A stretch of DNA of 64,000 bases, from assembly GCA_001179505.1 (NCBI GenBank), contig CDMY01001045.1:154111-218110 (forward strand). The letters run 5' to 3'. Positions within the stretch are counted from its first letter, which is position 1. Each line of letters begins with the position of its first letter. The notes under the pieces were generated by a model. That model had not been told where the DNA came from, searched no databases, and saw only the letters and a program-made list of their open reading frames with translations. Made by a program: the position numbers and the translations under genes. Positions 52,369 through 64,000 of the stretch are shown here, piece by piece. Origin of the DNA: Vitrella brassicaformis CCMP3155 (lineage: Eukaryota > Protista > Chromerida).

Positions 52369-55179
52369 TCACTCAGCGCCGGCCTTTTTCTTGGGTTTCC
52401 ACGTATAGCCAGTGGTCCGCTTGTATCCAAAGTGCTGGACGAGTGCGTCGCTGTCGGGCGGGCCGCGCGAGCCGAAGGGGTACGTGTGGATGGTCACAGG
52501 CATGGCGTCGCCCCCTGCAAGCCCGTCGATGGTGTGCAGCATGGGGGTGAAGATCCGCCAGGCCTCGCGCAGCTCGTCCGTCCGCACGAAATTCCGCTTG
52601 TCGCCTGCTTGGACAGAGACAGACAGACAGACAGACAGAGGGAGCCAGTGTGTCTGTCTGTCTGTCTGTGTGGGTGTAGAGTGAGTACCGTTGACGCAGT
52701 CGAGAATGAGCCGTTCGTAGGCGTCGGGCAGTCTGTCAATGTCGAATCGGTCGTGCAGGCTGAGGTCGAGCTCTGTCTGCTCGACCTCGTTGCTGAGCCC
52801 CGGCTGCTTGCCGTAGATCTTCATGTACACCGCCTCGTTCGGCTGCACCTGCAATCAATATGCAGTCAGTCGACAGAGGGAGGGAGGGAGGGAGGGAGGG
52901 AGGGGGAGGATGCACACATGCTCGCACCGCACGGAGACGTCTGGCCGGCCTCCCTACCTTGATGACGAACTCGTTCCTCGCCAACTCGCCGAACAAACTG
53001 ACGAGCAACACAACGCAGCGCGCAAATACGGCGCAGACAGGAAGGTGTTGTGTTGTGTGCGTCTCTCCCTCTCTCTCTCTGTGTGTGTGTGTGTCTCTCT
53101 CTCTCCCCTGTGTGTGTGGTGCACGTATGCCCACGACAGACAGACATACCCGCCAGGGACGTCCTTGAGTTGAATCCGCACCTCAGCCATCCGCTCCTCC
53201 AGCGCCTTGCCGGCCTGCAACCACATACATAGACACACAGATGCGTGCAGGCAAGTTCGTCTGTATTATGTCATGAGGGTGAGGGAGGGAGGGTGTGTCT
53301 GTCTGTGCTGCAATGAGTGTGCGGTGCGCGCCTTGCCTTCATGATGAAGGGGACGCCGGCCCATCTCTCGTTGTTGATGAACATGACCAGCGTCGCGAAC
53401 GTGGGGCACTGCGAGTCAGCCGGCACACCGGGGTCCTGCAAATCAAATTGGCACACACACACAAACCGACAGGATACACGCGCATGATAGATACATGTGT
53501 GTATGTGTGTGTGCACTAGGTGGCTGACGTCTTTATATCCGGGCGTCTTGCCGTCCTCCGACCGGGTGTACTGACCCAGCACCACATGCTCCGTCTCTGG
53601 TCACACGCGTCACCCACACACACATCCATCCATCCATCCACCCACCCATCACTTTGTTTGTCAGCGTACTACGTGATGCATATGGCCATTGTCCTGGGGC
53701 TTACTGATGGGTGCGATTTGTTTGAGGACCTTGACCTTCTCGTCGCGGATGTCCTCATCGAGCAGCGACGCCGGCCGCTCCATCGCCACCAATGTCAGCA
53801 TCTTTTAAACAGAGACACACACACACACAGATACATAGACCACCCAGCCGTGTGAGCGCATCTATATGGCTTCACCTGCAGCAGGTGGTTCTGCATGACG
53901 TCGCGGATGATTCCGACTTTGTCGAAGTAGCCCCCACGGCCCTCCGTGCCGATGTCCTTCACACACACACCACAGCACCATACCCCACCCAACATGTGTG
54001 TCGCTCACTCGGTGTGGGTCATGCCGATGGCCAACTGACCTCCTTGAATGTGATTCTGACGTTGGCGACGTAGTGGTTGCTCCAGATGGGGGTGAAGGCG
54101 ACATTGCCGAACCGCAGCGCCATCAGGTTCAGCACCATCTCCTTGCCCAAGTAGTGGTCGATTCGATATGTCTGCAACACACCACACCACACCCCGACCG
54201 ACACACATACATAAACAGACACACACGTACACTCATTGATTCGCAATGTACAGAGACGACGACACTTGTGTGTACTTGTGTGGGTCCCACCTCCTTCTCC
54301 TCGAGCACGGCCATGAGTTCGCTGGCGAGCTTGTCGGACGACGGCAGGTCGTGGCCGAAGGGCTTCTCGACAATGACGCGATTCCATCCTGCCATATGCA
54401 TATCACATCCATCCATCCATCAAGCCGTTCATTTAGTTCACACGTATGGCCCAAACGAACGACCACATGTCTGTCGGTGGCCCACCATGTGCAACAAGCG
54501 CACGCACCTTTTTGGCTCCATGCCAGCGGCTTGAAGGCCCTCACTGCGTCTGCGAACTGGGTGGGAGGCAGTGCCAGGTAGTACTGCACACACATACACA
54601 CACTGTGTGTGTGCCGAGAGAGGGGTGGCGTGGGTAGGTGGGCTGTGTATGCACCCATCGATCATCCATCCACAGGTTTGTGTATACGTGTGTACCATCC
54701 GGTTGGCCCGTGCGAATTTGGCTTCGTGTTTGTCCTGCAGCAGCTTGTCCAGCCGGGCCGCGTCGTCGGGACTCCCGTACTGACCACAGCTGAAGTGGCA
54801 CCCACCGATCCGATCCATCGACAAACAGAGAAGAACACACACATAACATGGATGGATGCGTGCATCTGGCGTAGTCTCTCTCTCTCTCTCTCTGTATGTG
54901 TGTGTGTGTGTGTGTCCTGCGAGCCTTACAAGTAGGTACATCTCTCTCTGAATTTGTCGGGGAAGAGGCAGATGTGCGACATGCCCCGCAGGCGAACCGA
55001 CAGAGTGCCTTTGTCGCAGAAGAACGCACCGACCTTCCTGACATACGCACACACACACAAATGGGTGGGCGAATGAATGGATTGCACTAGGGGAGAGGGA
55101 GGGAGGGTCCTCACGAAAGTCCGGGTGAGAGTCTCTCCCAGAAGTCGTCGAATGAGAGCTCAGTGCGCGCGTAGCCCTT

Positions 55180-55210
<31 letters not shown>

Positions 55211-57335
55211 GGACGAATGGGAGCGGTAACACAAATTTCATGGAGCGTGGCGTGCGCACCACGATTGTGAAGTTGCGGGGCAGCCGGCCTTCGCAGAAGA
55301 GGCTGAATAGCGCCGGGCTGACACGCACACCACACAGACAGACAGACGGCCCAGGGCGGTCTCTTTGTCTGTCTGTCTGTCTGTTTGTGCATCCTGATTG
55401 GCTCTCTGTCTCACTCACAACGTCTTCTTCTTGGCCAGATCGCCCGACGCGCCTGGATGTTTGGCAAGAAGCGAGCGGCATACACACGCAGACGTATGGG
55501 CGGCATTTGCCCGTGTTTGTGTGTATCGTATCCATCCACCAAGGCATTCATTCAAACCTACCGAGCACGACGAATGTGGTGTGCTCCTCAGACTCGGCCC
55601 GCTTGGCGTCGTCCTGGCTCACCGCAGACAACGGCGGGTAGCAGATGGCCGACACACCACCTGCACACACACACACATTGTGGATGGATGGGTGGGTGGG
55701 TGAAGGTGTGTGAGTGTGTGAGGTGATCTGACCTGCTTCGATGGTGTACAGGGCCGGGAGGTCCTGCGGCAGACCTGATGATTGTGTTGCGTGTTTGCAG
55801 AGCAGATGGATGGATGGATGGACGGACGGACGGATGTGTCTGCGCCATGCGCCCACCTACCGCCGTGCAGCACTTCGCGCCATTTGGCCATCTTGTTCTC
55901 GCCAGACAGAAAATACACCTGACCACACACACACACACACACACGAGCATGCGGACCCGCTCTCCATCATCTCAGCCACCCAACCACCTTGTGTGTCGCC
56001 CGCGCAATCAGATCCAGCGAGATCGTGATGCGATCCTGCGTGTGCCACACAGAGAGAGAGAGAGACATACATTCAGACACATACCGTCCGCACCTTTCCG
56101 GCGAATCTGTCGGTCTGTGTGTGGTGGACGAGCTGCGCCGGGTCCGTGGCGCGGGCGTAGTCAGCCGGGCTGAGTGTGGGGAACCATGACGCGATGTGGC
56201 CGTCCTCGCCCATCCCTGCCACCACACCATTCGCCACATTCATTCTGTGCATCCACCCACCCTGTGTGTGTGCGTGGGGCTGGCTACTCCCCACCGAGGG
56301 TGACTATGTCGGGTGTGCCGTGTTGCGAGATGAGCGCACTCAGGTCCTGCACACCACACCCATCCACCGATCCTTCCGTCAATCACGTGTCCATTGGTGA
56401 CGGCAGGCGTGGCTTGCCTGGTGGTATTTGGCGATGCATTGGTCGAGGGGCAGCGAGGTGTCGGGCACCACCATCGCGTCAAGGGATGTGCACCCGTCTG
56501 CACCACACACATCCATCACACACACACAGACAGTGGGCTCGCACACTCACACACGAGCACATCCAAAGCCCGCTGTCGCTCACTTTTGCAGAGGCTCTCC
56601 TGCAGCATGCGCTGGTTGGAGTCGGGGTGGTCTCGAGGCACATACCTACACAATCACCATCACACACACACACACACACACATGCGTCTTCCCCTCCTCC
56701 CTCTCTGCCCGTCCGTGAGCGTGTGCATCCTTGTCTGTCTGTGTGTTGATGCAGTGAGTGCAGTGCGCGCCTTTCATCGACGAGGAAGAACACCAGTCTG
56801 GACCACTCCAGCTCCTCCAGACGACCGAACTCTGTCAGGATCTTCTTGGGCGTCGAACCACCTGCACACCACACCACACAACACAGCACAGCACAGCACA
56901 AGCACACAAACACACAGCACCACACCTGTCACGATGAATGAGCGAATGAATGGTGCACCACTGTGTATGCGTGTGTGTGTGTGTCTGTGTGTGTGTTTGC
57001 CTGATAGTCCGATGAGAATTTTGCTGTAAGGGTCGGTGTCGATCCGCCCCTGGATGCAGACGACGAGGAAGCGCACGCACTCGGCGATGAAGCTGTCCTC
57101 ACTGTGGCAGTCGTAGTGGCGCGGGCCCTCATGCAACTCCTGAAACCACACACAGACAAACCAGACAGACAGACAGGCAGACAGACAGAGATCAATCATG
57201 TGCTTGTGTGGGTGAGTGAGTGAGTCAATATATTGTGCGTGTCTGTCGTGACCGCGGCTGGCTGACCTCTTTGCTTCTGGCCCTGGACACTTGTGAGGCG
57301 AACCTGCTGACGGGCGTCGGCGGCGTCGGCAACAT
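52369..57335 (-). CDS. G6PD: Bifunctional 6-phosphogluconolactonase / glucose-6-phosphate dehydrogenase (GluPho-type fusion)
   Basis: N-terminal 6PGL motifs IGLSG|[25 protein letters not shown] and DRITISL. C-terminal G6PD motifs [55 protein letters not shown]...[27 protein letters not shown] and [16 protein letters not shown]. Proposed start MLPTPPTP at 57335. Confidence 0.96.
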
Positions 57336-57462
57336 GATGGATGGCAGATGAATTATGTGTCACAGCAACCACACATGCAGCTCCTTCACGAGATAAGCTC
57401 GCAGAGTGGAGCGGAAGCTCTCCCCCTTTCCGCTCTCTTTCGTGTGTGAGCTGCTCCACGCC
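57336..57462. promoter_or_regulatory. Putative bidirectional promoter shared by 6PGL-G6PD and 6PGD
   Basis: Only 127 bp separate the two divergent ATGs. The spacer contains the inverted repeats 57409-57416/57428-57435 and 57377-57391/57440-57454. Confidence 0.7.
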
Positions 57463-57870
57463 ATGTCGAGTGAGATCGGTTTGATCGGCCTGGCCGTCAT
57501 GGGCCAGAACCTCGCTCTCAACATCGCCTCAAAGGTAAGCAGCCTGGCTGATGACATCACTCACGTCAGCGCGGGGCAAGCAAACGACACAGACACAGAC
57601 AGACAGGGAGGGAGAATGAATGCAACGGACCGACCAGGGCAGGGCTTGTGGGTTCTATTCTGTGCCCCTGTGTGTGTGTGTGTGTGTGTGTTGTTTGTTT
57701 GTTTGTTTGCATGCCACTGGTGTCTGTCTGCAGGGTTTCAGGATATCGGTGTGGAATCGTTCGGAGAGCAAAGTGGACGACACCACCGAGCGGGCCAAGA
57801 AGGAGGGCAACCTGCCCCTCGACGGACACAAAGACCTCAGCGCATTCGTGGGACAAACAGCCGCATGCAC

Positions 57871-57902
<32 letters not shown>

Positions 57903-58765
57903 GCGAGACCGATGGATGGATGAATGGACGTGTGGCTGTGTGTGTGTCGACATTTTCGCAGGTCCAGTCGATCAAGAAGCCCCGCAAGATCATCATGCTC
58001 ATCCAGGTACACACACACACACACATGAGTGTGCGTGGCGTACGCTGGCTGCATCGCTGTCTGCATGTGTGGATGGATGGATGGATGGATGGGTGGAATG
58101 CAGGCGGGTCCCCCGGTGGACAAGGCGATGGAGCCCCTGCTGCCCCTGCTGGTGAGCAAAGCAATCGTGTTTGATGATCGATGTGCTGTGGCCCGTGACG
58201 TGTTTGTTTACCCAACGCACCCACCCACAGGAGGCCGGCGATCTGCTGATTGACGGCGGCAACGAGTGGTACGAGAACACCGATCGGCGGACCGCACTCT
58301 GCGAGAGCAAAGGAATCAGGTAGGCAGGCGCACCGATTCACAGGGCCACCCGACCAGACAGACACCAACCCACCTGCGCACACATGGCGTCAATGTGTGT
58401 TTGTGTGTGTGTGTGTGTGTGTTTAGGTACATGGGTATGGGTGTGAGTGGCGGCGAGGAGGGCGCCCGCCACGGCCCCTCGCTCATGCCGGGCGGCACCA
58501 AGGAAGGATGGGATATCGTCAAACCCATCCTCATGAAAATCGCAGCACAGGTCACTGCATACACACACACACACACACACACACAGAGAGAGGGAGAGGG
58601 AGGGAGAGTGTGTTGGTGGTGTGTGTATGCGTTCAGGTGGATGACGGTCCGTGCGTGAGTTACATCGGACCTGGCGGGAGCGGCAACTACGTCAAGATGG
58701 TGCACAACGGCATCGAGTACGGCGACATGCAACTCATCGCTGAGGCACGCAGGAGCCACCACACA

Positions 58766-58800
<35 letters not shown>

Positions 58801-60694
58801 CACTCTGTAGAGTGTGTGGCTGGATGTGTGGATGCGCAGGCGTATGCCGTCCTGAAGCAGATGGGCGGCTTGACCAACCCAGAGCTGCAAAACCTCTTCA
58901 AGTACTACCTACCTGTCCCGCATAGCACACATGAGCCACGCTTCTGCACACGTGTGTGTGTGTGTGTGTGTGGCTGTGGCTGTGTGTGTCAAGGGAGTGG
59001 AACAAGGGCGAGCTCAAGAGCTTCCTCATCGAGATCACATCCGACATATTCGGGCAGAAGGACGACAAAACAGACGGTGGGTCGGTACACCCCCACACAC
59101 ACGTGTTCGATGGATGCGACACGCGAGCTTCTGCGTGACATCTATGCATGGCACGCTCGATGGATTCGATATATGCAGGCTATCTGGTTGACAAGATCCT
59201 GGATGTGGCGGGCTCCAAGGGCACCGGCAAATGGACCATTCAGGTGGGTGGGGTGACATGAGCTGAGCACCTTGACACCTACACAGCCACGACTGAATAA
59301 ATGGATGGATGGATGGATGCGCACGTGGTCTCTCGGTCGGTATGGTGAGCTGTGTTGTGTTGTGTTGTGTTGTGTCTGGTGGGTTTTGCAGGAGGCTGCT
59401 GAGCATGGCGTGCCGTGCCCCACCATGCAGGCAGCCCTCGACATGCGGTAAGCAGAGAGGGAGGGAGGGGCCGACACACACGCCACACACATCCAAACGG
59501 CTCTCTCTCTCTCTCTCTGTGTGTGTGTCAACAACAGCTACATGAGCACCTTCAAGGCGTTCCGTCAGCGCGCCTCTGGCAAGTTCAAAGGGCCGGCCAC
59601 CAAACCACAAGTCACGCAGAGCACACTCATCGGTAGGTACCACACACACAGACTGATTGACTGATCGCAGACAGACAGACAGACAGAGAGCCACAGACCT
59701 ACGTGTGCACACGACGTACAACATTGTATCATGCATGGGACTGACTGTGTGCACTCACTGCAGACGACGTGCGCAATGCGTTGTACTGCGCCAAGATCTG
59801 TTCGTACGCGCAGGGCCTGATGCTGCTGCAGACCGTCAGCAACGAAAAGGGCTGGGGGCTCAACCTCGGCGAAATCAGCAGAACCTGGAAAGGTCGAATG
59901 CATGGACGGCTGGCTGCATGGCATGGATACCTCCCTCGCTGCCCGACCGACCAGCTGTGTGTATGTATGTATGTATGTGTGTGTCGCATGGCGTCGTTCG
60001 TTCAGGCGGCTGCATCATCCGTGCGGTGTTTTTGGACCGCATCAAGAAGGCCTTCGACCGCAACCCACACATGGACAGCCTCCTCATGGACGACCAGTGA
60101 GCTCCTCGAGCAGCCGGGGAGGGAGGGCGGGAGGGAGGGACAGAGGGAGCCATGCCATGTGTGTGTGGTGCATGTGGTCGCGCAGGTTTGCGGATGAGAT
60201 TCAGCAGCGTGAGGTCAGCTGGCGGCGAATCGTCAACGCGGCGCAGGCGGCCGGCATCCCCAGTATGTGGCATTGCCACCAGAAACCTCTCACCCACACA
60301 GAGGCAGAGGCACCCATCTATCTATGAGTGCACGCGATGCGACGCGACACACATCTGTTGAAATCTGTGTTCGTGTGTATTGTGTGCAGTTCCTGCGCTG
60401 TCGGCGAGCCTCTGCTATTTCGACGCTTACCGATCTGCAACGGTCCGCCCCCACACCACGACAGACACACCACAACGAAGTGTTTTCTGTACCCCCTCTC
60501 TGATGGTCTGTCTGATGTGTTGTTTTGTGTTGTTTTGTGTCTGTCGTATGTGTCCATTCCCTCCCTCGTGCGTGCAGCTGCCTGTGAACCTGGTGCAGGG
60601 GCAGCGTGACTACTTCGGCGCCCACACCTACAAGCGCACCGACGACGAGGGCGGGCCCTACCACACACAGTGGACGCACTTCGCACAGACCTGA
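57463..60694 (+). CDS. PGD: 6-phosphogluconate dehydrogenase, decarboxylating (NADP+)
   Basis: [87 protein letters not shown] (catalytic Lys/Glu), KGTGKWT, GGCIIRA and [19 protein letters not shown]. Stop at 60694. Confidence 0.98.
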
Positions 60695-61810
60695 TCAATG
60701 GCAATGATCAACGAGGCAGCCGAACAACCACTAAATCGTGATAGACTGAAGGAGGGAGGGGGGGAGGGAGGGGGCGGAGGTTTTGCTGCCTTTTTTGGCT
60801 GTGGTTGGTTTGTTGATGGACTGACTGGAGGATTGGCTGCCTGCGTGCCTGAGAAGTGGCATTTTTGGTCAGTCAGTCATGCATGGGCGGAAAGATCGAT
60901 GCATGCTATGCATGTTTTCTAGCTGGCTGCTGACTGGTTGGCGGTGCTTACTCGGTCGGTGGCATGAAGAAGAACGTTTTGTTTGGCATAGTTCGTGGAA
61001 TGTACATTCGTCCATCGATGCCTCTCTGCCAACGTACACTCATTCGCACGCCAGCAGCAGCCAGCCCCCGCCCCCGTCCGTCAAGCCTGTATGTCACATA
61101 TATGCTTCTTGGTGACTGTCGTCACCGCGCACCGGCCCAACATCATTTAACGTTCGTAGAATCCGCTCATCCGTCCTCCCCCAGGAGCTACTACACTAGA
61201 GCTCTCATGCACAGTCGCTTATGAAACAGGAGAGAGGCCATCGACTGAGAAGGAAGGAGCTGGCTGAGACCAACATTGGCAGGACCTGTACCAGGTCTGT
61301 GAATGCTGACATTGTCACCGCGACCGCTCGCTATGTCTCGGAAAAGAGGGAAGAGGAATAAACGAGATCCATGTGAAAAGAGCCGAAGTACCTGTCGGCA
61401 AATCTCCATGTCTCACAAGCCTCGACTGACCTTCGCTGAGTGTGTGTATAGCGACAGCACAGAGAAGATGAGGGTCATTTGGAGGACATAACGCCGCTTC
61501 CTCATGACAGTCGTCGATGTCAGAGCGACTTGGCGAGAGACCCTGCACGCACACACGAACGTAGACGCTGTTAATATCATCGCCGTCCAGTTGATCGGGA
61601 TGCTGACGGTACAACATCTTTCGCGCATGGTATTGGTATTTGCCGAGACGACATGCAGGTGTGTGAATCCATGCCAGGCACTCCCTCCCGGCGGCAATTG
61701 GCACTTGGTGAGTAAGTAAGCAAACCAACCAACCATCCGTCCCTCATCCAGTTTGTGCCTATAGGCACAAGCCGCACAGCCAGGTCTTACGCAACAAGCC
61801 CACTGTCTGC

Positions 61811-63260
61811 CTATTGATGGATGTCTCTAAGCGTTCTCTGCTTTTCCTTGTGCCTGAGCTGCGTCCTGGTACGGGGCAGCTTCATGTGAACCTTTAGGAC
61901 GGCGCTTGCGGCAAAGTCGTCCGGTAGTGGGGGCAGCTTCTGCGTCCCCTTGCGCATCTCCTCCTCGCGAATCGATAAGACGCTCATAGACGACCAGAAA
62001 TCCTTGTTGTATCTCATATGCGCCACGCACTCACGCATCTGCATCGACACCATCCATACCCACGGACAACGTGTACATGTTTTTCCAGGAATGTCACCTG
62101 CGGAATAATCTCGCTCATCGCATTGTACAGCGGGGCTATGATGACATCGATGAAGCCACACTGAGACCGCGCGATGTTTGTTGTCCCTCTATGTGGAAGA
62201 ATCAGAGAGCCAATAGGGAGATCATCGGGAATCCCGTCTGACTCTCATCATCTTCCCCTCTGCTCTCACCGGTTCATCAGCGGCGAGATTGGCAGACCGA
62301 GAGCCTTTTCCCTGTCACCTACATCAGCAAGACACTCCCCATCTAGTCAACCCACAATCTCATGAACAGCGGGCGGTTTTGAACCTTACCTTGTGCAAAG
62401 AACTCTTGTATCACTACCCGATTCACATCCGATTCACATCCGATTCACATCCGATTCACATCAAACCCGCTGGTCTCCTTCTCTCTGGCTTACCTTTGTC
62501 TGTCCACTGCAAGTACGGCGGCAGCGGCCGGCAGGGATTGGAGACATCAGCAGCGTGCACCACCATGCTCATGATCAGCAAGCGGTCCTCGCGGCTGAGC
62601 TCTTGCTTGAGCCACTCTGCCATACGGCGTTTCAACGGTAAGAATGAGGACAAAAAGCTGCTGATGTGTAGATGCCCATTCTTAGTGGAATGATGTGCTG
62701 GGCCCCTTCGGGTCTAAGCCCTCCTTCTCCTAAGCCCTCCTTGTCTCTAGGCCCACCTTCGTCCTTAGTCTTCAGCAGTCCGAGTTTCACAAAATGCTGC
62801 GACATGTCCGTAGCCAGCACCATATGGATGATTGCCTCGCGCACTAAAGCATCCAGCAAAGAAGAATACATATGTGTAGCACACAGGGCGTATGATGCAT
62901 ATAGGCCGCAGTCCGCAGCTATGGAGTATGTGGCCACTGGCGTGTGCTTGAAAATGTTGTACTTAGACTGTTGCATGAGCTGGAAGACTGCGGCGATATG
63001 GTGGCTCTCTAACACGGCCTTGTCTGTCGCGCAAAGGAGACATGATTCATGTGCATACCACACGCATTTTTGAGCGTACCATTGTAGAGGATCGCGAGCG
63101 GGTCATTGGTCTTGATAAGGAAATTGTTGCTTACTCCAGGATGATCTGAATACCCATCGTTAACACACAGACAGCGCGCATGCACAGGAGCATCGTATGT
63201 CATGCCATTGCTACCGTAGTCGTGTATGGCCGCTGAGAAGATCACGGTGAAGAGCTCAAC
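61811..63260 (-). CDS. Class I 3',5'-cyclic nucleotide phosphodiesterase catalytic domain (5' part not found)
   Basis: Exons read IFSAAIHDY|DHPGVSNNFL, VLESHH, VLATDMSQHF, HAADVSNP, EFFAQ|GDREK...PISPLMNR and GFID. No upstream YHNxxH exon was located in 63261-64000. The 3' end may extend further. Confidence 0.9.
62418..62461. repeat. Intronic minisatellite (ccgattcacat)x4
   Basis: Four perfect 11-bp units inside a PDE intron. Confidence 0.92.
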
Positions 63261-63599
63261 CTAAGGTATACGACAGGAAACGAACACGCCAAGGTCACAA
63301 TGCAGAGGACGAGAGGCGGCTTGGCAAAATGTATTGAATACATTCGTAAAGAACTTTGAAGGGCTTTCAGCTGCTCGGTAGCCTCGTGAAGCCCTCTATC
63401 TAGAGGGCTTTGACGACGAGTGATTTGAGTGATTTGAGTGTATGCCTTGATGCAGCTATCAATTCTCGTCAGTCAGTATCTCATCAGTCAGACACACGTG
63501 GCAGTACTACTATGCTGTACAGCTATTTGGCGCTGGCCAGCATCCTTTGAGCCGCTGTCAACTCCTGCAACACACGCACCCACATGCCATTCATTTCAT

Positions 63600-64000
63600 T
63601 CACACCATACCTACCAAACCGTATGTGTGGTCGCCCTGACCCGCCCCATCTACCTCTTCGAGTGCTTCCTTTGTGCCGCCAAGCAGCTCGAACCAAATCT
63701 GCCGGATTTTTTTTTGGATTTTGTCTGGCGCCTCGGCGAGATCTTGCATGGCGGTGTGTTCGGGATGCGAAAAAAAGGCATTGGGCTGGTCTGTGTTATC
63801 GTCCAAGGCAAGGCTCCCTTCCACTCTGGCGACCATCGTGCCACCATCCGCCACGCCCTCACCAAGAGCAAGCAGCAGCGAGACGTCGCCCACAAAACCA
63901 AGAGGGAGGCCGCCCTGCCGCACATCGACCGCCGGCGCCATCGCGTCCTCTCCCGCAGCGCCGAATACAAGACGTCCGGCTGGCTGACCATCCTCCCATC
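63600..64000 (-). CDS. Unassigned open reading frame running off the right edge
   Basis: The minus frame is open from the window edge through ...KIRQIWFELLGGTKEALEE to a GT donor. It does not resemble a PDE, and the strand is not certain because a Ser/Pro-rich plus-strand ORF overlaps it. Confidence 0.3.
   Translation of the reverse strand, partial: WEDGQPAGRLVFGAAGEDAMAPAVDVRQGGLPLGFVGDVSLLLALGEGVADGGTMVARVEGSLALDDNTDQPNAFFSHPEHTAMQDLAEAPDKIQKKIRQIWFELLGGTKEALEEVDGAGQGDHTYGLVGMV

Noticed and set aside
52369-60694. Recent bacterial zwf-pgl-gnd operon transfer as the origin of the cluster
   Set aside because: The genes are divergent rather than co-directional, carry many host-type introns, and the fusion order matches the apicomplexan enzyme.
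9100-60700. Hundreds of ORFs rich in VCVC, HTHT, TDRQ or SIHP
   Set aside because: These are translations of intronic (CA)n, (GACA)n and (CATC)n microsatellites or antisense shadows of real exons, not genes.
48530-62461. Short direct repeats (43-bp, 21-bp and 11-bp units) as possible CRISPR arrays
   Set aside because: No unique spacers, only 2-4 adjacent copies, eukaryotic context and no cas genes.
63389-63410. Perfect 10-bp inverted repeat aagccctcta/tagagggctt
   Set aside because: An isolated short hairpin with no U-tract or recognisable ncRNA context; not distinguishable from chance.

Overview
Intron-rich eukaryotic genomic DNA, GC-rich, with about 23 spliced protein-coding genes or gene fragments and one 300-N assembly gap (23348-23647). 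I found no rRNA, tRNA, CRISPR array or recognisable transposase. Most introns are short GT-AG introns packed with (CA)n, (GACA)n and (GATG)n microsatellites. The gene content points to a chromerid alga such as Vitrella brassicaformis (inference, not database-checked): a 6PGL-G6PD fusion, an OST-HTH/OHA protein and a bipartite-targeted ribosome recycling factor. All gene models were assembled by eye, so exon boundaries are approximate. The main finding is that the whole oxidative pentose phosphate pathway is encoded by two head-to-head genes, 6PGL-G6PD on the minus strand and 6PGD on the plus strand. Their start codons are only 127 bp apart across a dyad-symmetric spacer. Other points of interest: a large adhesin-like surface protein built from bacterial-type domains, a Myb-SET fusion, a plastid RRF paired head-to-head with an unknown putatively plastid-targeted protein, two introns of one gene that share sequence, inferred GC-AG introns, and apparently truncated Patched and PDE genes.
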